A DNA stretch of 64,000 nt from the IMG/VR virus record IMGVR_UViG_3300031772_000003, positions 1 through 64,000 of that record; one strand, 5' to 3'. The DNA comes from a virus. Position numbers and translations under genes: made by a program. Shown here in pieces: positions 17,672-27,650 of the stretch (positions are counted from its first letter, which is position 1; the number at the start of each line of letters is the position of its first letter). The notes beneath the pieces are model-generated. The model worked only from the letters and a program-made list of their open reading frames with translations. It did no database searches and was not told the DNA's origin.

Positions 17672-19633
17672 CTAGGCATCGGCCAGGATCGCTCGCTTGC
17701 CCACGGCAGCAGTCTGGGAGCCCTGGTCCGCCCTGTAGGGCCCACTGTAACTGGCGCTGATAAAGGTGCCATCGGCCATCTTGCGGAGCCGCTCGATCTG
17801 CTCGCGGGCCACCCGCGCCACGGGCACGATGTAATTGGCGGCGTCCTTGAGCGTGATCCCGAGGGCGTCGGCGAGGACGCAGCATTGCTTGATCTCGGCA
17901 CCTGTCCAGCCCTCGTCGTTCGGCACCGCGCTCTTGACCCCGTACTTCGGCTTGTAGATGTCCCAGATCACCTTTCGCTCCTCTGCATCCGGGAGGTCGA
18001 AGAAGAAGGTGCCGAAGCAGAACCGCCTCCGAAGTTCGGGCGGCAGAATCGTAAGATTGTTGCAGTTGTGAACGACGAGCCCAGCGGCGACGAACGTGTG
18101 GTTCTCATGGGCGATACTGATGTCGTAGACTTGGCTCGGCGGGAGCGGCGTCACCCGCTTCACACGCAGCCAGTCGAATCCGAGCCAGGTTCTCGCCCTC
18201 GGGTCGTCCACGGCTTCAGGCAATGGCCGTTCGACCCGGCTGCCCCCCCGTGGGGCAGCGAGCCAGTCGCCAACCCCCACTGCCCCAGCGGGGGTGGTTT
18301 CAATGCCTTCTGGGCACCACCGATACAGCAGATGATCGGTCGTACACCGAATTGGGAGTCCCAATGTCTCGATCTCGATCACATTGACGGAGTGGGAGGC
18401 TCGTCGGGCTGAGATTCTAGCCGAGTCCTTCTCACCACTAGGAGCAATGGTGATGACCTCTTCACCCACGGTCAAGTTGGCGATTGGAACAAGCGCCCCG
18501 TCGTTACGCTCCACAAGCGTATCCCCCGTAAGACAGGTTGCTATCGCCAGCACGCGGTCACCGCCGACGGCATCCACGACCTTGAGGGCTTGCCGGATGC
18601 GCCCCTCGCTCTGGCCCACGAACTGGGCCTTCATTCCTCCGAGGTCAAGGGTCACAGTGGGGCAACCGGCCTCGTTGCCTGCGCACTTGGCGACGAGGGA
18701 TTTCGCAGACCCTGGCGGACCAACGAAGATCATCCCTGACACCCCCTTGTCCTGCAACCAAGTGAGGAGGACGCCGAGGTAGTCCTGGGATACCCCCGAG
18801 GTATCGCCCTGAGCCCCTGCGAGGGCCTTCTCGATCTCGTCAATGAACAGGATGCAGCGGGGCGGGTACTTGCCCGCCACGAGCTTCCGCAGGAACTCCT
18901 TGATGTTCGATACGCCGCCCACGTCCCCGAACGTTTCCTTGTCGGCTCTTACGGAGAGGCCAGGGGTCTGGGAGATTAGGCCCCGCTTCCGCTCCCAAAG
19001 GGCGGCGAGGTCGAGCGCGGACTTATTGAGGCTGAGCGCCACGGCCTGCTCCGCCGCAAAGAGGCTCAGGCCCGTGACGGCATCGAGAGCGGCTTCGCGT
19101 AATTTCGCATCGAGCTTGAGGCGGGCCGCATCGAGCAGGGCATCGAGCATCACAGCCAAGCCCTCCCGGTCCGGCAGCGCCTCTTCAATTAGCAGCGTAT
19201 CGTTAGCCAGGGCAGGGAGTTGCGGCACTTGGCTCTCAAGCAGGATCATGATCCTGTTGTTCTGCTTGTAGGCGTCGCGTAGTGCCAGCAGGGCCGCCGT
19301 AACTGCTGCGCCGCTCGATCCCGACTCCGAGAGGCATGATCCGAGACCCTCGGCCACCACGATGGTCTTGGCCGGGGTCTTTGCCGCCAGCAGCAACGCC
19401 TCGACGGGATTGGTCACGACCTCGGGCTGGTTGGTCAGGTCACGCAGGGCCTTGGTCCCAGATGTGTTGAGACCAGCGAATCCGCTGGCAAGGCTCCAGT
19501 GCAGCATCGGAGCCTCACCGTTGAGCCGCTCCCGGAGCCCCTGAAGCGTTGCAGGGATGTCCGGGGACGCCAGGATAATGATTGGGACCCCGCGATTCCT
19601 CGCGCGTCCCAACTTATTCCATGCCTCTTTCAT
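17672..19633 (-). CDS. Ycf46-like AAA+ ATPase containing a mini-intein
   Basis: IDEIEK, GPPGSAKS, FVGQSE, LPPELRRRF, FFFDLPD, GWTGAEI. Confidence 0.9.
   Translation of the reverse strand: MKEAWNKLGRARNRGVPIIILASPDIPATLQGLRERLNGEAPMLHWSLASGFAGLNTSGTKALRDLTNQPEVVTNPVEALLLAAKTPAKTIVVAEGLGSCLSESGSSGAAVTAALLALRDAYKQNNRIMILLESQVPQLPALANDTLLIEEALPDREGLAVMLDALLDAARLKLDAKLREAALDAVTGLSLFAAEQAVALSLNKSALDLAALWERKRGLISQTPGLSVRADKETFGDVGGVSNIKEFLRKLVAGKYPPRCILFIDEIEKALAGAQGDTSGVSQDYLGVLLTWLQDKGVSGMIFVGPPGSAKSLVAKCAGNEAGCPTVTLDLGGMKAQFVGQSEGRIRQALKVVDAVGGDRVLAIATCLTGDTLVERNDGALVPIANLTVGEEVITIAPSGEKDSARISARRASHSVNVIEIETLGLPIRCTTDHLLYRWCPEGIETTPAGAVGVGDWLAAPRGGSRVERPLPEAVDDPRARTWLGFDWLRVKRVTPLPPSQVYDISIAHENHTFVAAGLVVHNCNNLTILPPELRRRFCFGTFFFDLPDAEERKVIWDIYKPKYGVKSAVPNDEGWTGAEIKQCCVLADALGITLKDAANYIVPVARVAREQIERLRKMADGTFISASYSGPYRADQGSQTAAVGKRAILADA
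18065..18535 (-). mobile_element. mini-intein (157 aa) in the AAA ATPase
   Basis: Starts CLTGDT, block B CTTDH, ends VYDISI...FVAAGLVVHN|C. Confidence 0.92.
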
Positions 19634-19661
19634 TTACTGCTCCTTTCATCGCTCCTCTCCC

Positions 19662-19678
19662 CCCACCCCTAGAATCAG
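19662..19678 (-). promoter_or_regulatory. conserved upstream motif, copy 6
   Basis: CTGATTCTAGGGGTGGG within hairpin CCCCACC/GGTGGGG. Confidence 0.75.
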
Positions 19679-19692
19679 GTGGGGAAGACGTG

Positions 19693-20175
19693 CTAGAGTA
19701 AAACGCGAGACATTTCACTTCGGAGTTCTGCGTAAATGCCTTTGACGGCCTTGGAGGGGATACCGAGATGCTCCCCCATCTCGTCGTAGTTAAGTTTGCG
19801 GCTGGAGCGGAGCGTTTCGGTCATGGCCAACTGGGCTAGGGGGCTCAGTCGCTTCCACAGGACCGTATCATCGAAGACGTCGCTGGGGTCTTGGATTGGG
19901 CCTGGGGGGAGTTGGTGGGGATCGGGATGGGGCCGTTGGGTCTTGGCAAGATAGGTCAGCATCGCGTTGTGGGCGTACTTCACGGCCCATGAGATCACAT
20001 TGCAGCCCGCTCCGGGCCGGAAATCATTGAGGCTTCGCAGCACCGCCACGACGCCCTCATGAATGAGATCGTCCCTGTCGGTCTCCGGACCGAAGTGCAT
20101 GCGGCGGGCGAGCCAGCGCGCGATCTTGTAGACCTCTACCGTGGTCACGCTAGCTGCGGTACGCGGGGCGGGCAT
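19693..20175 (-). CDS. sigma70-family sigma factor (regions 2 and 4)
   Basis: DRDDLIHEGVVAVLRSLNDFRP region 2; C-terminal HTH LNYDEMGEHLGIPSKAV. Confidence 0.8.
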   Translation of the reverse strand: MPAPRTAASVTTVEVYKIARWLARRMHFGPETDRDDLIHEGVVAVLRSLNDFRPGAGCNVISWAVKYAHNAMLTYLAKTQRPHPDPHQLPPGPIQDPSDVFDDTVLWKRLSPLAQLAMTETLRSSRKLNYDEMGEHLGIPSKAVKGIYAELRSEMSRVLL

Positions 20176-20181
20176 AGTTAC

Positions 20182-20487
20182 TCAGTTCGCCCGTATGGCG
20201 TTGCCTGGAGTGATATAGTAGGGAATTGCCTCACCATAACTGGGAAGGATGGGGACGCAGAAGGACGCGGCGGCGTCTTTGGCCAACATCTTGTCGCCCG
20301 CGTCAACATCCGGACCGCGCGACCACCCCCAAGTGTTATCCCCCAAGGGATGAAGATTTTCATAGACAGGCTTTGCTGGCCCATCCCATCGCACGATATT
20401 CTCCGGCTCGAAACCATCCTCCTTGTCTCGCGTTAGCCAGAACGCGAGCCTGTGCTTGGGCATGGGATGCTCCTTATTAGGTTTCAA
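20182..20487 (-). CDS. hypothetical protein
   Basis: ORF overlapping the upstream stop. Confidence 0.5.
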   Translation of the reverse strand: MKPNKEHPMPKHRLAFWLTRDKEDGFEPENIVRWDGPAKPVYENLHPLGDNTWGWSRGPDVDAGDKMLAKDAAASFCVPILPSYGEAIPYYITPGNAIRAN

Positions 20488-21310
20488 TGCCCCACCTGAA
20501 AGTCCAGTTATGGTCGGCGTCCTTCACCACCGCCGCTTGGGTCTTGCGGGCCACAAGGGTCCCGTCACCCGTAGCGAGCCCAATTTCGGCGATGGGGAAC
20601 TGGTTCGCTTCGGTGTTGAGCAGATACGCTGTGACTTGGACGAGGTAAGCCGAGGGCCATACGATGCCGGCCCCAATGAGCTTGGTCGGCGTGATCGGCA
20701 TCTGGAGATTGGTCTGGGCCTGGTCTTCGGGGAACGAGCCGGTCCCGAAGATCATGGTGGTGATGAAGCGATTCGTGGAGTCACCGGCAATCAGATGGCA
20801 CACCTGGGTCAGCATCGTATTCAATGTGCTGGGGGAGGTCGAGACGGGGTAGTCAATGGTCCACTCCCATGTCCAGGCAAAGCGGGCGCTCTTGGTCATC
20901 ACGGGGAAGGTGACGCGGGCCACCAATGCCGGTGCGGCGTTGTAAAGGATCAAGCCCGCCTCCCGTACCGCTATGCCATTCGCCTCTGCCGCGAGCAGGG
21001 GCACGGTGAACTTGACGGACCGGGCCGTGGGATACGACACCGATGCGATGAGCTTGGTGTAGGCCGGTGCTCCGAGGGCGATGTCGGCAGCGGTCTCCAC
21101 GGTCCCGTCGGTTCCACAGGACACCCTATCGATCCAACGGTCGGCCACGCCGTCGCCCACAATCAGGTGGGCCTCCTGCTCCCGGAGATTGTCCACGACG
21201 ATGTTGGGGATGTCCAGGAGGACCGTGGCTTCTCCCGTTTCGACGCTGGTGGCCGTGAGCTTGACCCTACCGGTGGGACGCCCGACGCAGAGGTTGGGGA
21301 GGCGATTCAT
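20477..21310 (-). CDS. tail-collar/fibre-attachment-like protein with two tandem domains
   Basis: Twice-repeated motif: EANGIAVREAGL...LVARVTF..MTK and EANQFPIAEIGL...LVARKT...VVK. Confidence 0.7.
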   Translation of the reverse strand: MNRLPNLCVGRPTGRVKLTATSVETGEATVLLDIPNIVVDNLREQEAHLIVGDGVADRWIDRVSCGTDGTVETAADIALGAPAYTKLIASVSYPTARSVKFTVPLLAAEANGIAVREAGLILYNAAPALVARVTFPVMTKSARFAWTWEWTIDYPVSTSPSTLNTMLTQVCHLIAGDSTNRFITTMIFGTGSFPEDQAQTNLQMPITPTKLIGAGIVWPSAYLVQVTAYLLNTEANQFPIAEIGLATGDGTLVARKTQAAVVKDADHNWTFRWGIET

Positions 21311-21318
21311 CACGGGTC

Positions 21319-22143
21319 TCACGAGTTGCTCCTTTCGAGATACGCCAGGGGGGCCTTGAGGCCCCCACAGACCCTGACACAACCACAGTAGTACGCGAGA
21401 TCGAAGCCTTCGACTTGTAGAGGCAAGTCGTGGTGGATGCCAGTTTCTGGGGGGCCGTGCCGTTGGTACGGCCTATGAGTCCATTGCTGCGTCCCACCCT
21501 CGGGATACGCAACGGAGGCACCCTGCCCGAACCCGAGGTGCTGGACCTGTGGGTCGGGCTTGCAGATTTCGTAGTGGCCCAACCCAGCGGCCCAGACAGC
21601 CTCGAAGAAGAGGTCCCCAAAGCCGCGGGGCTCCGGTCCAAAATGGTTGCCGACTCGCTCTACCGCGGCCCTGGGGATCAGTACGTTGGCCTCTCCCCCA
21701 ATCTTAAGTGAGCCGAAGCACCACGGCCCCACAACCACGTAGGACCGGGGCTCCAAGACGCCGTGGAAACTCAGCGTCACGGGGTGCCGGAGGTTCTCGG
21801 TCAGGATATTGAGAGCCGCGAGTCCGTCTTGGATCATGCGGGGCCCGACGAGAATGTCGTCATCGAGCAAGAGGAGGCAATCGGCACCACTAGCTATCAG
21901 GGCCTCGACAGCGTCGTGCCTGCGGATACCGATCCGCTCCTGGGGCGTGCCCGTAGCTGCGGGGGCAAACTCAGCTATGATGTCGGTTCGCCTATGCAGG
22001 AAGTCCGCGATTTTGGGGTCGGTGCTGCCGTCATCCAGCACCGTCACGGAGCAGCCCGTGAGGTTGCTGCGGAGGAGCCTGGGGAGGCACAACTTGAGGT
22101 GGCCGATACGGTTGTGGCTGAGGACATAGATCAGACAAGTCAC
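21319..22143 (-). CDS. glycosyltransferase, GT2 family
   Basis: LSHNR, VLDDGSTD, LLLDDD, VQHLG. Confidence 0.85.
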   Translation of the reverse strand: MTCLIYVLSHNRIGHLKLCLPRLLRSNLTGCSVTVLDDGSTDPKIADFLHRRTDIIAEFAPAATGTPQERIGIRRHDAVEALIASGADCLLLLDDDILVGPRMIQDGLAALNILTENLRHPVTLSFHGVLEPRSYVVVGPWCFGSLKIGGEANVLIPRAAVERVGNHFGPEPRGFGDLFFEAVWAAGLGHYEICKPDPQVQHLGFGQGASVAYPEGGTQQWTHRPYQRHGPPETGIHHDLPLQVEGFDLAYYCGCVRVCGGLKAPLAYLERSNS

Positions 22144-22490
22144 CCCCTGCCCTCCTCATCCGACCCTCTACGGCTTACTTCCGCTATTACGTCTCTGAGT
22201 ACTGCCCGGATCGCTGCCGCCTCATCCTCGGTCCAACCATCCCCTAGCCACCGCGGGTCGTTGATTGCATCAACAGGGTCACGATTTGCTTTTGCTTTGT
22301 TGTCCAGAAGTATACAGGCCCCGTACACCAAGGTATCCGCGTCGCTAAGTGTGGCATACACTATAGGGGTGTAGCATTTGCCACCCATGTAGCGTTTGTT
22401 GCAAATGACCGCTTCCGCCAGCCGCGCAACTACGTCCGTGCTCACGGGTTGGCCAAGTTGGACTAGATCAACAGAGAGGTGCGCGCTCAT
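22140..22490 (-). CDS. hypothetical protein
   Basis: ORF coupled to GT2. Confidence 0.5.
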   Translation of the reverse strand: MSAHLSVDLVQLGQPVSTDVVARLAEAVICNKRYMGGKCYTPIVYATLSDADTLVYGACILLDNKAKANRDPVDAINDPRWLGDGWTEDEAAAIRAVLRDVIAEVSRRGSDEEGRG

Positions 22491-22502
22491 TTTGTTTTGT
22501 TC

Positions 22503-22727
22503 CTAGCTAATGGGCTCACGGCAGTCCAAGCGCCCTGTTTCTACCCGCCGGGCCGCCTCGCGCAGTATTCTGGCGGCACAGTGCCCGCACAAGCCGCCTA
22601 GCGCATTGTTCTTAAGGGTGTTCCTGGCGCGCGCCACTATAAAATCGACGTAACCAGAGAGGGTACTGGCCTGCCAGTCTCCCTCGTTCCAGCAGGCGTT
22701 ACCACACATGAGACAAGTATGAGCCAT
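22503..22727 (-). CDS. small Zn-ribbon-like protein
   Basis: CLMC...CGHC. Confidence 0.5.
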   Translation of the reverse strand: MAHTCLMCGNACWNEGDWQASTLSGYVDFIVARARNTLKNNALGGLCGHCAARILREAARRVETGRLDCREPIS

Positions 22728-22745
22728 TGACAGCGCTCCTGTGTG

Positions 22746-23879
22746 TTACGATTTCGGTGGCTCGCCCCACAAACGGTCCACCTCGGCTAGGATAGTGCAG
22801 GGGTTCAGATTCATGAGTCGAGCGCATCCACGCTCCGTGCATTTCACGGTATAGCCCCACGCGGGACGGCGCGAACACGGGCCCTCGCATACCACGTCCA
22901 TTCCCTCCAGGGCGGTACAGAGGGGGTAGGTGTGGATCGTCGCCACCGACGTGGGCCCGAACAATCCGATGCAGCGGGTCCGCGTCGCCGCTGCGAGATG
23001 GAGGATGGCGCTGTCGACGCATATCGCGCCCCAGCAGTTCGCTAGGACCCATGCCAGAGCGGGCAGGGCGAGCCCGATGACAGGCACGGCTCCATCAGGC
23101 ACGATAAAGTGGGGCTCCACGAGGTCGAGAACTAGGGGCCGGAGGCCACGCGCGAGGAGACCCTGGACCAAGTACTCCGCGTAGGGCCGTGGGTACGTCC
23201 GTTCCAAGGCTGAGGCTCTCAGCGCCACGGCGACCCACGGCTCACGCCCTCTTGAGCAGCCCAAGTGGGTTGAGACGGGCCCACTGTCCTCCCCGAACCT
23301 GAATCCCCATGAGGGGCAGGCGTGGCTCAAGCCCTTGGTCTTAGCGGCGGCGCAGAACAAACCGGCTCTGCCCCGATCGACCGCGGGCAGGGTACAAGCC
23401 AACTCGTAGGCTTCGCCTGGGCACCATAGGTCCACTATGGTCTTGGGCTCGCAACCCCGCAACGGCGCGAGGTAGGGGTAGCGCGTGGAATCAATGGGCC
23501 CGCCGCGCTCTCGCCGGCCCTGTGCCTTGATTTCTTTTACTGTACCGAGCCCGATGAAGTTCTCGACGCCGTAGAGGTGGCGATAGACTTCGGCGTAGTC
23601 CAATGGGGCGAAGACCGTCACGACGCACGCGGGGTCCTCGTGGCGGAGTTGCCGGGCCGCGGCCCCAACGCACAACGAATCGCCTATTGCCCCTCCGTCT
23701 CTGAGGAGACGGTGGAAGCGTCCACGATCAGCGGCGCACAATGGCTTGGGTCCCCCGTCTGCCAACCATACGGTTGTTTCTGGGCCGTGGGATCGGGGTA
23801 GATTCGAGCCAGTAACTCCGGGCCCACCTCGGACATGATCCATAGGGCCATGCGGACGTACCGCCACATCAGGGCGCAA
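22746..23879 (-). CDS. glycosyltransferase, GT9 (heptosyltransferase-like); start uncertain
   Basis: GAIGDSL, VDSAILHLAAA, IGLFGPT. Confidence 0.85.
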   Translation of the reverse strand: MRPDVAVRPHGPMDHVRGGPGVTGSNLPRSHGPETTVWLADGGPKPLCAADRGRFHRLLRDGGAIGDSLCVGAAARQLRHEDPACVVTVFAPLDYAEVYRHLYGVENFIGLGTVKEIKAQGRRERGGPIDSTRYPYLAPLRGCEPKTIVDLWCPGEAYELACTLPAVDRGRAGLFCAAAKTKGLSHACPSWGFRFGEDSGPVSTHLGCSRGREPWVAVALRASALERTYPRPYAEYLVQGLLARGLRPLVLDLVEPHFIVPDGAVPVIGLALPALAWVLANCWGAICVDSAILHLAAATRTRCIGLFGPTSVATIHTYPLCTALEGMDVVCEGPCSRRPAWGYTVKCTERGCARLMNLNPCTILAEVDRLWGEPPKS

Positions 23880-26125
23880 CCGGCGTCATAGGGCTGGGTC
23901 ATCGAGCCGTACTCCGCGAGAGAGGCATGACGGCACCCGCCGCCACAGGCCCACCTGGCCGCGCACTTCATGCATATCTCAGATCGATAGGATCGATTCT
24001 CGCACCACGGCAGACGAGCTACCTCATCGATCCCACCGCGGTCGAGATGGCCGATCTCTGAGGGGGTCTCACGATGGCAGTTATGTACGAAGACACCTGC
24101 TGCCAGAGCGAAATTATGGTACTTCTCTACTTCAAGACAGTACACATCCGCCCTACCGGCGGGGGCGACTGAAACAACCCGGTGGTTGGTCGGGGCAGTA
24201 ACATAGTGGTCCGTCTGGCGCTGGTGGTTCCCGCAGCAGCCCGCATTGGTAAACGCCCTACTACAAACGGGACAGGCAGTACTTTTGACCGCGTACCACC
24301 TAAGTCGGGCTAGATGCTCGCCACTGTGGAGATGGATGTACCGACCATTGGTGGGATCATGCGATGCCCTGCTTGTTGCTACTGCTAACCTACCCCTCCA
24401 TCGGGTCTTGTTCTTCTGAATCCCGGCGAGGGCGTAATTGATGTTCTCACGGTTGATGGGTTCCATCTTCTTACGGAAATCTTGGCTTTGCCATTGGTCT
24501 GCTATGCTGTACCCACCCTCATCTAGGTGTCGTTTTCTGTGTTCCGAGTGAGTTAGTGCATCCAAGTTGTCGGGGTCGTTGTTTCTACTATTCCCATCTT
24601 TGTGGTGGACAACCTTCCTTTTAGGGAGTGGGCCGTGGATGGCCTCCCAGACCATCTGGTGGGTTGATAACCGCGCCCCACCTGGGTGGTACAGGCTCTC
24701 ATAGAATGCTACATGACCGCCGTGGCTTTTATGCCTAGCTGTGAGACCTTTGTAGAGGGGCATCAGGGACGCACCCGAAGCTAGTTGGTCAGCCCTGCAA
24801 TACGTCCCATCTCGGAGCATGAAAGGATGGTCAGGGGTACAACGGACCACCTCTCGGTTGTCCAGTGTCACAGCAAGAAGTTCTTGGTCTTTGGCTACCA
24901 GGTGGGCCGTGGCTCTTCCTGGAACCACTTTGTCCCCATCATAAGAGTACACCCAAAGGGGCTTTGGGTGCGCCACTAGGTCAGCAATTGGCTGATCCAT
25001 TCCGTTGAGCAGGGACACCTTAGTGTCCCCCGCGAAGCAGGCAAAAATCTCGCCGTCAGGGGCCACACTAACTACCCCACTGCCTGCGCCGCACTCAGTT
25101 GGACTGTGCTGTGTCCACAATAGACGGGTCAGGAATACCTCCATGCCGTGCAGTCGGGGCCTCTTGCCCGCTCGCAGACGCTCCACGGCCCAGTCCGCCA
25201 CGGACATGTACTCCTCGTCCAAGCCCTCGATGTCTGCAGCAGTGAGGTTGAGAGCAGCCCGCTTGCGGTCGACGCACCGGGTCTCAGAGAGGCAGATCGG
25301 CTCCACGGAGACCCCCTGGGCATAGCCCTGGTCGCAGAGATCGTTGAGATGAGCCACCCGCTCCAGGACATGAGTGGAGCCGTTATAGAAGGTGGAGCGG
25401 AGCGTTATGGCACCGGCCCGTGCGGCCTTGAGCCCGTCCAATGCGGCCCTCACGAGCCCGTAGCTGCCGCTCCCGTTGATCATGGGGCGAGCCGCATCGT
25501 GGAGAGGCTGGGGGCCGTCCAGCGAGACAATGAGGCTGAAACCATGCTCAACAAGCCACCTTGCCTTTGCTTCACTAAGGAGGACCGCATTGGTGGTGAC
25601 GTGCAGAGAGGGCTTGAGCGGAGCGGCATAGCCCTCCACGAATATCGCCGCTTCCTTGAGCGTCTCCCATGCCATCAGAGGCTCGCCGCCGAAGAAGCTG
25701 ACATGGACACCCATGCCCTGGGGCATATGCCCACAGGGCCTGGCAAGGAGGCGTGTGATCGCGGCCTTGGCCGTGGTGATGGACATGACCTTGACCGGAG
25801 AGTCAGGATAGTCATGGGTGAAGCAGTAAAGGCAAGAAAGGCAGCAAGCGTGCGTTAGTTCCAGCACGACCATACCGGGCTGTCGGGCCGTGTAGGGATC
25901 GAACTGGGGCCGTTTGTCCAGTAGGGGCACCGCCTCCTCGGGTGTATCGGTTTGGAACACCGCCAGCGAGTTGGTGTCGAGGGCGAAGTGCCGGTCCCGG
26001 ACTTGGATGCGGGCCGCCTCGGGCTTGGCGTCGTACCACTTAGTCCTGTTAAGCTTGATCTCGGCGTTGAGCTTACGCAACAGGGGTCTCCTGACTTTCC
26101 CGTCCAATTCCAAGGGCCAGCCCAT
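23684..26125 (-). CDS. radical SAM/SPASM-domain maturase-like enzyme with an HNH intein
   Basis: CCLSCLYC, FFGGEPL, TTNAVLL, VSLDG; SPASM CGAG...C|H...CMKC...CGGGC...C. Confidence 0.92.
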   Translation of the reverse strand: MGWPLELDGKVRRPLLRKLNAEIKLNRTKWYDAKPEAARIQVRDRHFALDTNSLAVFQTDTPEEAVPLLDKRPQFDPYTARQPGMVVLELTHACCLSCLYCFTHDYPDSPVKVMSITTAKAAITRLLARPCGHMPQGMGVHVSFFGGEPLMAWETLKEAAIFVEGYAAPLKPSLHVTTNAVLLSEAKARWLVEHGFSLIVSLDGPQPLHDAARPMINGSGSYGLVRAALDGLKAARAGAITLRSTFYNGSTHVLERVAHLNDLCDQGYAQGVSVEPICLSETRCVDRKRAALNLTAADIEGLDEEYMSVADWAVERLRAGKRPRLHGMEVFLTRLLWTQHSPTECGAGSGVVSVAPDGEIFACFAGDTKVSLLNGMDQPIADLVAHPKPLWVYSYDGDKVVPGRATAHLVAKDQELLAVTLDNREVVRCTPDHPFMLRDGTYCRADQLASGASLMPLYKGLTARHKSHGGHVAFYESLYHPGGARLSTHQMVWEAIHGPLPKRKVVHHKDGNSRNNDPDNLDALTHSEHRKRHLDEGGYSIADQWQSQDFRKKMEPINRENINYALAGIQKNKTRWRGRLAVATSRASHDPTNGRYIHLHSGEHLARLRWYAVKSTACPVCSRAFTNAGCCGNHQRQTDHYVTAPTNHRVVSVAPAGRADVYCLEVEKYHNFALAAGVFVHNCHRETPSEIGHLDRGGIDEVARLPWCENRSYRSEICMKCAARWACGGGCRHASLAEYGSMTQPYDAGCALMWRYVRMALWIMSEVGPELLARIYPDPTAQKQPYGWQTGDPSHCAPLIVDASTVSSETEGQ
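24080..25039 (-). mobile_element. intein with HNH homing endonuclease (320 aa)
   Basis: CFAGDT start, CTPDH, VVHHKDGNSRNNDPDNL HNH, ends HNFALAAGVFVHN|C. Confidence 0.95.
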
Positions 26126-26495
26126 CGAGGCTGCGGGCAATCTTTGAGATGAGGTTTCCGGCGATTTGGGCGCAACGGCTCGCCTCTTCAGGGGTCGTGC
26201 ATTCGCCGTGAATGATGATCTGCCCGGAAACTGTGGCGGCCATGCTCGGATTGCCGCTCGCGGACGCCTCAAAGGTGTGCTTGGATGTGCTGCCTTGGCT
26301 GATGTAAAGGACTTCGTAGTCGGTCCCGTTCATTTGTCGTCCCCCTCGTTCTGCTTCTGCATCCCATTCTGGATGAGTCGGCCCAGAGGCCCCACGACCA
26401 ACTCGGTCCCGTCTACCAGTCTGGCGTAGTAGCCTGTATCCACCAGTGCGGTGGTGTTGTAGCCCAAGAGAACAAGTTCCTGTGGGGCGACGCCC

Positions 26496-27320
26496 CTACG
26501 GGGTTTTCTGTTCCTGTTTCTCATCCAATCCCCCTCGCATCGCTCGATAAACAACCTCTGGGGTAGTCATCTGAATCGGGTTTACCCGAGTGCAGTACTG
26601 AAAGTCCGCAGCATGAACTGGCGGAATCTCCGCCGCTTCGCGCCCGATGGCCTCCCCCAGTGATCTATAGTCGTAGCAGGGTAGGGGACACGCAGCATTG
26701 CACCTGTAAATCGTGAGCCCAGCGGCCCGGAGGTGGGGGGCCAACTCGGCCATTCGTACCCCGGTATCCGTGTAGAGCCTCTGGTTCCGCTCGACATCCT
26801 CGGCTTTCATTGGATTGCCGTGGGCATACTGCCGCTCCGCGCTGATCTCAAGATCGACTCCGACGAGGTAGAGCCTGCGGAAGCCGAGGCGGTACGCCAG
26901 TTGCAGCGCGACGAAGAATGTATTCTTCCAGTGGACGTACTCGGACCGGGGGGCCAGCAGGCCCGGTATGTCGAACGCGGGTGAGGTGTCGTAAAAGAGG
27001 GTGCTGGGGTGCTCGCACGAGCACTTGCCCATGATCACGTCCCGGTAGCACTTGATCGGGAGGCACTTCACGACACGGGGGTTGGCCAGGATGCCAGGGG
27101 GGAACCCTGCGGGGCTATCCAAGGTGACCCACCACTGCGGCCAGTCGTAGGTGGCAATGGCGGAGTTCACGGCTATGACGGGGAGGCGGGATACCCGGAG
27201 AGCGTCGAGGGGCTCGCGCTTGAGACTTGGACCGGGACAGACGAGGAACCCGGCCCCTGACTGGGTATCGTAGAGGTCCACGGGCTTGTATCTGCCGTCA
27301 GGCCAACACCGCCAGAGCAT
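26496..27320 (-). CDS. Maf/DUF115-like (glycosyltransferase-like) protein
   Basis: LVCPGPSL, IAVN, ALQLAYRLGFRRLYLVGVD. Confidence 0.7.
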   Translation of the reverse strand: MLWRCWPDGRYKPVDLYDTQSGAGFLVCPGPSLKREPLDALRVSRLPVIAVNSAIATYDWPQWWVTLDSPAGFPPGILANPRVVKCLPIKCYRDVIMGKCSCEHPSTLFYDTSPAFDIPGLLAPRSEYVHWKNTFFVALQLAYRLGFRRLYLVGVDLEISAERQYAHGNPMKAEDVERNQRLYTDTGVRMAELAPHLRAAGLTIYRCNAACPLPCYDYRSLGEAIGREAAEIPPVHAADFQYCTRVNPIQMTTPEVVYRAMRGGLDEKQEQKTP

Positions 27321-27360
27321 CGGGTTCCCTACCCGTGGGGATGGGTTACGGAAAGATAGT

Positions 27361-27391
27361 GTGGCCGGGCCGATACCCTCGACCCGGCCAC
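27361..27391 (-). terminator. strong GC hairpin after the tRNA-like element
   Basis: GTGGCCGGGTCGA-GGGTA-TCGGCCCGGCCAC; weak U tract. Confidence 0.5.
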
Positions 27392-27399
27392 GAGGTGCA

Positions 27400-27650
27400 T
27401 AAGGGGAGCGATGCTCCCACAGTACGCAGGGGGACGCGCTGATTCTCGCTGGGCTTGTAAGGTTGAGCTTGTGGCACCCACAGTCTTGCCGTTGGACGAC
27501 GCCCGCTGGGGCTTAGTTCTGGAGCGGGCAGCAGGAGTCGAACCTGCATTGTGAGCATTCGCAAGTGCCAGCATCTGCGTCCTCTGAGCCTTCTAGGCAG
27601 GCCCCTGACATCCAGCTTCAACCTACACCTGAGTCTGAAGCTAGCCTAGT
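27400..27650 (-). ncRNA. structured RNA with a circularly permuted tRNA-Gly-like domain
   Basis: 3' half (T-arm GCAGG-TTCGACT-CCTGC, TGCCCGC-T-CCA; 27556-27520) precedes the 5' half (GCGGGCG-TC-D arm-GTGGG; 27506-27477), joined by a 13-nt linker. Confidence 0.8.

Noticed and set aside
26073-26333. Separate precursor peptide upstream of the SPASM enzyme
   Set aside because: Only two Cys, no repeat motif, and it overlaps the enzyme's 5' end; coding status is uncertain.
27477-27556. Ordinary tRNA gene or two-piece tmRNA
   Set aside because: The halves are in reversed order with no anticodon loop; the identity is Gly-like with no G3-U70 pair, and no convincing tag reading frame was seen.
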